In this document: piece after piece, positions 57,761 through 64,000 of the stretch
How the letters are laid out: every line of letters begins with the position of its first letter
Position numbering within the stretch: position 1 is the stretch's first letter
Virus record (IMG/VR): IMGVR_UViG_3300020404_000180
Coordinates: 24,339-88,338 of that record
Source: a virus
Strand: one strand, 5' to 3'
DNA: 64,000 nucleotides
Translations under genes and position numbers: made by a program
The notes under the pieces: generated by a model
Database searches by the model: none
Seen by the model: the letters and a program-made list of their open reading frames with translations, nothing else
What the model was told of the DNA's origin: nothing

Positions 57761-58273
57761 CTAAACGTACTTAGAGGGTAAATGTGAACGGTCATAGAGG
57801 AAACCTCCTGCCCATGTGGTCTTGGTTGGGTCTAGTAGGTACTCTCTGTCTTTGATGATTCTGTAGTCGAATCTTACTGGATGCTTACCTGTTGTAGTAG
57901 GTTTGTTGTATCCTGCGGGCATGTAAACCTCGCCTGTATTCTTATCTATGAATGCAACGACAGTGCTGTCTTTGTATTCTTTAGTTGGATTAGGACCCAT
58001 GTCATCAAACTCTTGTCTGACAATTTTGATGTACTTACGACCTGTGTATGCTCTGAACCTGTCAAGATTTGCTTCTCCTCTAGCGATTTCTGCAAGTCTC
58101 TCTGCATGATACTTGTTTGACCAGTCATCTTGGTTAGCAGATAGATGTCTCTCGTGAGAGTCAATTTGATACTTCTTGTAGTTTAACTCTAGGTTGTCAC
58201 AGATGTTTAAAACCCATAGTTCTACTTTTGCTTGCATCTCTTGCTTAGGTGTTTGTGCTAGTACTGTAGTCAT
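57761..58273 (-). CDS. Conserved early phage protein
   Basis: GRKYIKIV...V.AFIDK.TG.VY.PA....P motif. GAGG RBS and its own promoter. Confidence 0.75.
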   Translation of the reverse strand: MTTVLAQTPKQEMQAKVELWVLNICDNLELNYKKYQIDSHERHLSANQDDWSNKYHAERLAEIARGEANLDRFRAYTGRKYIKIVRQEFDDMGPNPTKEYKDSTVVAFIDKNTGEVYMPAGYNKPTTTGKHPVRFDYRIIKDREYLLDPTKTTWAGGFLYDRSHLPSKYV

Positions 58274-58295
58274 AAGTCCTCTTGTGTATGTACTT

Positions 58296-58353
58296 ATTAT
58301 AGTCTGTATTACACAAAATCCAATGGGTTAGTGGACACTTTCTGAACTGGCAT
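58296..58353 (-). promoter_or_regulatory. Early promoter: palindrome plus TATAAT, inside the MTase 3' end
   Basis: atgccagttcagaaagtgtcca (58353-58332), 30 nt, TATAAT (58301-58296). Confidence 0.75.
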
Positions 58354-58851
58354 ATACAGCGTACCATACTTACCAAATGTGCGGTTGAATCTACCAATAC
58401 GGTCACCCATGTATATGACTGCTGATTGGAATGGAGCAGCACTATTAGCAGCACCAAACTTAAGACGTTTGTTGACTGCAATCCATGGGTATTGTGATAC
58501 TGAGTTCCACCACTTAGTTGATACATCAAGTTTAATCAACAGCACTAACTCTTTAGCATAACCTAACTCATATTGTGATACAGCATAAGGAATCCACCTC
58601 TTACTATCACTGTAAGGGTGGTTCATAAAGACTGATTGTGCCTTCCACAAATGTGCAAGACCATTAGTCTTCTCTGTGTATACTTTCTTAGCAGGAACAT
58701 TTGGTTCCTCCTCGCTGTTAGAACATGGGTCTAGTTCTATAGTTCCTCCAAAGAACTCTAGTACATCGCCTACAAACTCAGGCGGTGTATTCCAACAGTC
58801 GGTCTTTGTGCCAGTCGTTGAGGTTAGTGCTTTTAGTGCTGATGATGACAT
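58309..58851 (-). CDS. Phage DNA N6-adenine methyltransferase (Dam-like phage family)
   Basis: W.TP...LDPCS...NGL...W...VFMNHPYS (NPPY variant)...RLKF....APF.S. Confidence 0.85.
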   Translation of the reverse strand: MSSSALKALTSTTGTKTDCWNTPPEFVGDVLEFFGGTIELDPCSNSEEEPNVPAKKVYTEKTNGLAHLWKAQSVFMNHPYSDSKRWIPYAVSQYELGYAKELVLLIKLDVSTKWWNSVSQYPWIAVNKRLKFGAANSAAPFQSAVIYMGDRIGRFNRTFGKYGTLYMPVQKVSTNPLDFV

Positions 58852-58857
58852 AGTATT

Positions 58858-58886
58858 ATTATACCACGTATAGGGTTTACTTGCAA
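58858..58886 (-). promoter_or_regulatory. sigma70-type promoter TTGCAA-N17-TATAAT with extended -10, giving a leaderless MTase mRNA
   Basis: -10 at 58858-63 preceded by TGG. The ATG is 6 nt downstream. Confidence 0.65.
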
Positions 58887-59344
58887 TGTCTGTTACGAAA
58901 GTTATCTTCTGACATAATCTCTACGTCAGGATACAATTCTTTCATATGGTGTTTGAAATTGTCACTCAAATAATATTCTTTGAGTGTCCAACCGTCGCCA
59001 CATAATACTATTACTGCACCTTCATAGTTGTGCCTGTCTATAGAATGTTGCAACTTGATGAACTCATAAGGAACTTTCTCCTCTGCAGTGCCATCAACAC
59101 CTTGATACTTCAAACTTATCAACTCACCACCCTTGTGTAGAGACGTAGGTAGTTTGTTGTTCTCTTTCACGTACACTTGACCACCTAATAGTATGTCTAA
59201 CTTATGTTTCTTTGTACCATTAGGATGGTATCCTAACCATACCTGAGAGTGTACGTCTCGTGTCTGGTTCTCTTTCAAAAATGTTTCGATACTCAACTCA
59301 TTTACTGCACCAGTTGTAGTATCTCTGGAAGCATGGGTTGCCAT
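58877..59344 (-). CDS. PD-(D/E)XK superfamily nuclease (restriction-endonuclease-like)
   Basis: TG...E..I..FL; LDILL...ISLKYQ...GTAEEKVPYE..KL...IVL.G.GW. Confidence 0.7.
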   Translation of the reverse strand: MATHASRDTTTGAVNELSIETFLKENQTRDVHSQVWLGYHPNGTKKHKLDILLGGQVYVKENNKLPTSLHKGGELISLKYQGVDGTAEEKVPYEFIKLQHSIDRHNYEGAVIVLCGDGWTLKEYYLSDNFKHHMKELYPDVEIMSEDNFRNRHCK

Positions 59345-59391
59345 GACAAAAATGTAATTACATCTATGATATCATATTGATATAAATTTGT

Positions 59392-59712
59392 CTACCAATC
59401 AAATTCTGCTTCCTCCTCTTCTCCAAACCATTCCGCATAACATTCGGCATCTTCTGTGTCAAATGTAGCAAAATTCCACTGCATGACCTTTCTTCCGTCT
59501 AATGAACCCATAGAAATGCATGAGTCTCCATCATTCATGCAGAATCCCCGCTTCAACCACTCTGTTATTTCATGGTCTGGGTGTGATTCTATCATCAAGT
59601 CTAACAACTCCTCGAACTTATCACGTTCTAGGTGTTTGTATTCATTCCATGGCAACCCTTTGAAACGTTGCCATACTGGTTGTCCATACTCGTCTAACTC
59701 AATCACGGTCAA
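59392..59712 (-). CDS. Hypothetical acidic protein
   Basis: ORF track; overlaps the upstream gene. Confidence 0.6.
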   Translation of the reverse strand: MTVIELDEYGQPVWQRFKGLPWNEYKHLERDKFEELLDLMIESHPDHEITEWLKRGFCMNDGDSCISMGSLDGRKVMQWNFATFDTEDAECYAEWFGEEEEAEFDW

Positions 59713-60352
59713 ATACCTCTATCCTATTAGATAACCATAGTTTTGCATAGTCTAGCACACTTTCCTCCATATTGAAAGGGTCTGGTGTATATTCTATCAG
59801 TTGTCCACGTTTTGTAAACCGAACAGTCTTATTTAATACTGCCTTGATGATACTACCCTCCTTACCTATACTACAGTCTACTGTTGGTATCAGGTAAGAA
59901 TCTATTTTTGGTTGGTATACATCACCAGCGTTGAATGTATGAACTAATCTCCTGTAGCATGGTATTGTATCCATGTCAGGGTCAATCCCAACACAAATAG
60001 CACTAGCGTTGTCCGTTAGTGCAGTAAATCTAGTCAGTCCTGACACTCTGAAGTTACAGTATGACTCTGGTTTATATCTTAAAAACTGTGGATATGCAGC
60101 AGTCTCTGACATCCATACTCCTTCTGTAAACACTAAGCATCTACTATGAGCATAGAATCTATAGATGAACTCGTAAGGAAAGTCCCTGTAGTTGGGAAAC
60201 TTCTTCTTCGCTACATCTAATTGTTTGTCTGTGATGTATGTTTTATGTTCTTCTGGGTCATCTCCAAAGAATTTAAAACCTTGCTTACATCCTTTATGAT
60301 ATAGTACGGTCAGATGGTCTAGTTTATCAGTGACCGTGTATTCATTCTTCAT
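59699..60352 (-). CDS. Hypothetical protein, paralog of 60349-61065
   Basis: Collinear similarity to the adjacent ORF; ATGA coupled. Confidence 0.7.
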   Translation of the reverse strand: MKNEYTVTDKLDHLTVLYHKGCKQGFKFFGDDPEEHKTYITDKQLDVAKKKFPNYRDFPYEFIYRFYAHSRCLVFTEGVWMSETAAYPQFLRYKPESYCNFRVSGLTRFTALTDNASAICVGIDPDMDTIPCYRRLVHTFNAGDVYQPKIDSYLIPTVDCSIGKEGSIIKAVLNKTVRFTKRGQLIEYTPDPFNMEESVLDYAKLWLSNRIEVFDRD

Positions 60353-61065
60353 CTAGGTACGATTTCAATAAGTCCATCCTCTATTTGGTCTAACCAAGTT
60401 TGCATGAAATATTTTGTATCTGGTTTTTCTTTCGTAAATTCTACGATAACTGTAGGTTTGTCTACTGTTAGTTGTACAGTTCCTTCCTCCGATATTGGAA
60501 ATGGAAAATGTTGTACTAGTTTGGTCTTATGATACCAGCAATCATGCATTGGTATTATTATACTACCAATTCCATGAGGTGTAAAGTCTTGTGATTGTTT
60601 CAAGAAATGTACACGTCTGCCTGTAGTGGTTGTGTCCTCGTAACCTGAGCAAGCAATGACTCCGTTCGGTTCTTGAGAAGTTAGTCGGCATATGCCTGGC
60701 ATTCTAAAATGACTGTGTGCACCATTATGATATACGAAACTTACATGTGCTGGTTTTAAACTGTCACTCCTCCATGTACTGCCAAACGATACTGTTCTAT
60801 AGTGACATACAACCATAGGACCTACCTCTTTGAGTATGTCATGGTATCCTGCTGCTTTTCCTTTTGGATTTGCTTTGATGTGCTTCTCGATTATATCGTA
60901 TGCACTATCAAATACTACCTCCTTAGTTGGGTCTGGGTCATTACCAAATATTTTTTTACCTTGCTTTGCATTTGTATTACTAAAAACAGTCAACCCAAAC
61001 TGAGATATACTCTTACCAAAGGTATACTGTGCGATTCTACTGTCTTGTTCATTAACAAGATACAT
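60349..61065 (-). CDS. Hypothetical protein, paralog of 59699-60352
   Basis: Collinear similarity to the adjacent ORF. Confidence 0.7.
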   Translation of the reverse strand: MYLVNEQDSRIAQYTFGKSISQFGLTVFSNTNAKQGKKIFGNDPDPTKEVVFDSAYDIIEKHIKANPKGKAAGYHDILKEVGPMVVCHYRTVSFGSTWRSDSLKPAHVSFVYHNGAHSHFRMPGICRLTSQEPNGVIACSGYEDTTTTGRRVHFLKQSQDFTPHGIGSIIIPMHDCWYHKTKLVQHFPFPISEEGTVQLTVDKPTVIVEFTKEKPDTKYFMQTWLDQIEDGLIEIVPR

Positions 61066-61539
61066 TTAATTACCCTCGTTGAGTTGTTGACTTAGTAACT
61101 CGAACTGGTCATCAAAGTCATCTTCACTGTAGATGTTGACTACCTGTGCTGACGATAATACAGCATCAACATGTGTGTCATCATTCTTTGCAACTTGTTC
61201 ACGATGCTTCATCAAATCTTCCATGTCAACTGATTGTTCTATACCTATCATCCCTGCTAATACCATTTGCGATGATGACATGTCACACTCTGCTAGTCTA
61301 CTCCTTGTGACTGCATTGTATACCTGTTCTGCAATCTGGTACTTTATAGGTTCTTCATGGTCTGGTTTCATAGAATCCAAGTCCATACCTATAGGACCGT
61401 ACCACTCATCATTATTAAGTGTGCCATCGTTGTAGTACACACCGAACTCACCACTATCTACGTCAAAATCCTTGACTATAAAAGTAGGAGCAACTTCTGA
61501 ATCCAATCTAAACTGTGGATCAATATCTTGAATTGACAT
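61066..61539 (-). CDS. Hypothetical acidic protein (possible fibre assembly factor)
   Basis: Directly downstream of the Gly-rich adhesin-like gene. Confidence 0.6.
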   Translation of the reverse strand: MSIQDIDPQFRLDSEVAPTFIVKDFDVDSGEFGVYYNDGTLNNDEWYGPIGMDLDSMKPDHEEPIKYQIAEQVYNAVTRSRLAECDMSSSQMVLAGMIGIEQSVDMEDLMKHREQVAKNDDTHVDAVLSSAQVVNIYSEDDFDDQFELLSQQLNEGN

Positions 61540-61548
61540 AATTGTTAG

Positions 61549-62448
61549 TTAATTAATTTTAGGACCACGGATGTCTCCGTCGTTGTTACCTGATTGTCCA
61601 TATCTATATGACCAACCATCTATAGCAGTGCCAGATGATCCTGCTGTACCACCCGCATTCTGTCCTGCGTTACCGAGGTTACCACCAGAGCCACCAGAGT
61701 TAGAACCGCAACCACCGTTGCCACCTCCACCTCCGCCAGCGTTTTGCTGACCGTTTTGACCACCATCGCCACCACCAGAACCGCCAGGATATCCAGCACC
61801 TCCACCTCCTCCGCCACCTTTAGCTTCTGAAGTGTTAGTGGTTTGTCCTGCACACTGACCACCCTTCATACATCCGTAATAGTACGTCGTGGTATAGGAG
61901 CATTCTCCATTATTGCCTCCTGCACCTCCACCGCCACCACCAGCAATGATGCCAGCGTTGTCCAAAACGAATGGGGTTCGACTGTAAAGTCCTCTTTGTC
62001 CTGATTGTCCATTGTTACCTCCTCGACTACCACCGTTACCACCTTTGCCACTTATTCTTCTATTATTATTAATTCTAAGATATACCTTAGAATCACCAGA
62101 AAAGTTGCCTAGGTTCAGTTGTTGTCTTGTACTGTTGACTGTGACAAGTCCTTTGATAAGGTTGCCATTGTATCCTTGACTAGTTATGTAACTAGATAAA
62201 CTCCACTCACCAGTGCCATCAGAACCAATCGTTACATTGAATAAGAAGTGCTCACCCTCGTGAACTTTACGCCATGAACCACCTGACTTGACCCATACTG
62301 CCTTAGTATTACGCCATGAACCACTGTGTTTGACCTGTATATCTTCTACATGCTTGAATCCACCACCAGTATGAACTGACATGTGACCACCAAGCACATT
62401 ACGTACACTCGTTCCTGTCTCTGCTACTGTATTATATGGTATTGCCAT
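61549..62448 (-). CDS. Glycine-rich tail-fibre tip/adhesin-like protein (T-even gp38-like organisation)
   Basis: N-terminal VK.SGSWR...WVKSGGSWRK and I.N...I.G.GG.GG...N.G.IAGGGGGG poly-Gly blocks. Follows a fibre ending in GDIWYKY. Confidence 0.65.
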   Translation of the reverse strand: MAIPYNTVAETGTSVRNVLGGHMSVHTGGGFKHVEDIQVKHSGSWRNTKAVWVKSGGSWRKVHEGEHFLFNVTIGSDGTGEWSLSSYITSQGYNGNLIKGLVTVNSTRQQLNLGNFSGDSKVYLRINNNRRISGKGGNGGSRGGNNGQSGQRGLYSRTPFVLDNAGIIAGGGGGGAGGNNGECSYTTTYYYGCMKGGQCAGQTTNTSEAKGGGGGGGAGYPGGSGGGDGGQNGQQNAGGGGGGNGGCGSNSGGSGGNLGNAGQNAGGTAGSSGTAIDGWSYRYGQSGNNDGDIRGPKIN

Positions 62449-62464
62449 AATCTATGGTATCTCC

Positions 62465-64000
62465 TTAGTACTTATACCAGATGTCGCCATCTGATCCACC
62501 ACTAGGGTCACCAGTTGATACTGTTCTTGCACCGTATGCGTTTTGGTTTGCATTACCAAACGTTCCATTTATCTGACTAGCGTTTATATTTAATCCTGAG
62601 AGTAAATTACTGCTAGGATTGTACACTAGATGACCGTTATCAGTATCAATAAATTGTCTACTGTATCCTGCATCACTTAATGCTGAGAATGTTACTTGAT
62701 AACTGACGTTATCATTCTTCTCGTCAATATTGATGTTGTCTGCCTGTGTTGCAGTACCACTTGTGTTTTGGTTACCAGCTATGTTGACGCCAGGTAAATC
62801 TATATCAGCAGTACCATTGAACGATACACCACCAATATTTCTAGCATTCTGTAACTGTGTTGCTGACCCTGAGTTACCAGAGATTGCACCAGTTATTGTG
62901 CCATTGACTGTCACGTTATTGAATGTAGATGTACCAGTAGATGCAGTTACATTACCTGATAGTCCACCAGAGAATGTAGTTGCATATGCTGTACCTGACA
63001 AGTAAATGTCTTTCCACTTAAGGTTAGTTTGTCCTAAATCATATGTGCCAGTAGCAGATGGGTCAACATCAGCATTTATCTGTGCTGTTATTGTTAGTCT
63101 GTCAGTTGTAGCATTACCTAGTATAGTGTTACCATCGACTGATAGACCACCCGCAGTGTAAATGTTACCTGTGCTTGATGCGACAGTCATCTTATCAGTC
63201 GTGCCAGATCTGACTGCGAAGTTTGCATCAACATCAACTGTGCCATTAAACTCACTATTTCCTGATACTGTCAAGTTGCCACCAAGTGTAGTAGCACCAC
63301 TGTTAACATTAAGTGCACCAGTGGATTGTATGTCAATACCTAATCCATTCTTAAGTTGTAAGTCTCCTGCACCATCAGTCCATGAAGAACCAGATGCACT
63401 ACCACCAGTAATTTTTAAGTTACCTGTATCTGATAGTCCAAACTTCGCCCATGCTGAACCTGTCCAGTAGAATCCTAGATGCTCACCAGCAGTGAAATTA
63501 CCAAGATATGATATGTCACCTGTGTTTGCAGCATCAGCAGTAGATGGTGTCTGTGTAACTACGTTAAACTTCTTCTCTGCTTCGTTGTTTGCTGCTTCAC
63601 CCTTGATAGTTAAGTCACCACATGATACGTTCTTGTCAACCACGACGTCCTGTCTGACTGCCATGAATCCTTTGAACTCACTCTCTAACTGTGTGTCTTC
63701 AACTGTAATCTTGTCTCTGATAATAATTTCATCAAATACAGGACGTAAGTTTGCAGTCTCACCAACGATTGATAATGTTGGTGTATCAAGTGATGCTTCT
63801 TCACCAGTAACAGCAGATATTCTAGTGTTACCAATGAATAGGTCACCATTACTGTTAAGTCCAGAGTAGAATGCGATACCACCGTCTTCTTTCTGTGACT
63901 GTGATAGCAATGTTTCTGCTTCAGTAAGAACTCTGTTCTGTACAGATGGTAGACCAGTAGAGTAGTTACCAGGTCCGAAACCAACGTATTCAAATGTGTG
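62465..64000 (-). CDS. Tail fibre-like protein, C-terminal part (5' end lies outside the window)
   Basis: The frame stays open from 64000 (HTFEYVGFGPGNYSTGLP...) through the track ORF. Contains YDLG....W..IY and AT.L..AR.IGGV.F.GTADI.LPGVN, and ends PSGGSDGDIWYKY. Confidence 0.8.
   Translation of the reverse strand, partial: HTFEYVGFGPGNYSTGLPSVQNRVLTEAETLLSQSQKEDGGIAFYSGLNSNGDLFIGNTRISAVTGEEASLDTPTLSIVGETANLRPVFDEIIIRDKITVEDTQLESEFKGFMAVRQDVVVDKNVSCGDLTIKGEAANNEAEKKFNVVTQTPSTADAANTGDISYLGNFTAGEHLGFYWTGSAWAKFGLSDTGNLKITGGSASGSSWTDGAGDLQLKNGLGIDIQSTGALNVNSGATTLGGNLTVSGNSEFNGTVDVDANFAVRSGTTDKMTVASSTGNIYTAGGLSVDGNTILGNATTDRLTITAQINADVDPSATGTYDLGQTNLKWKDIYLSGTAYATTFSGGLSGNVTASTGTSTFNNVTVNGTITGAISGNSGSATQLQNARNIGGVSFNGTADIDLPGVNIAGNQNTSGTATQADNINIDEKNDNVSYQVTFSALSDAGYSRQFIDTDNGHLVYNPSSNLLSGLNINASQINGTFGNANQNAYGARTVSTGDPSGGSDGDIWYKY

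Noticed and set aside
47677-58353. Palindromic repeats as a CRISPR array or integron attC array
   Set aside because: Copies are degenerate, 0.5-2.6 kb apart, in both orientations and tied to -10 boxes. No cas or integrase gene is in the window.
45200-59700. tRNA genes in intergenic gaps
   Set aside because: No cloverleaf with a GTTC-type T-loop and acceptor stem was found by eye. tRNAscan-SE would be decisive.
62465-63910. 481-aa ORF as a complete gene
   Set aside because: The frame stays open to the window edge, so it is the 3' part of a longer gene.

Overview
A 64-kb segment of a T4-like marine cyanomyophage, judged from the gp6/gp7/gp8/gp25/PAAR/VrlC-like genes, pyrE, a 2OG-Fe(II) oxygenase, T4 late promoters (TATAAATA) and a canonical NtcA promoter. 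Bases 1-45200 are a minus-strand late virion block: PAAR, gp25, gp6, a 4197-aa gp7, gp8, a VrlC-like protein and several giant tail-fibre-like proteins. Bases 45200-59700 are an early/accessory region of short ORFs on both strands, each cluster driven by sigma70-type promoters. It holds an Sfp-type phosphopantetheinyl transferase, a candidate SAM lyase/DUF3574-like protein, pyrE, a HEXXH peptidase, two DNA methyltransferases and a PD-(D/E)XK nuclease next to one of them. Bases 59700-64000 are the end of another fibre gene, a Gly-rich adhesin-like gene and a paralogous pair of unknown proteins. The most notable unexplained structure is regulatory: (i) a 22-bp palindrome found 8 times, always 30-31 nt upstream of a -10 box and often inside the 3' end of the preceding gene; (ii) a second motif, TGTAT-N5-GTAC, found 4 times 23-24 nt upstream of TATAAT; (iii) several promoters that appear to drive non-coding structured RNAs, one under a perfect NtcA box. 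No tRNA, rRNA, CRISPR array or reverse transcriptase was recognised. All family assignments come from motif recognition by eye, not database searches.
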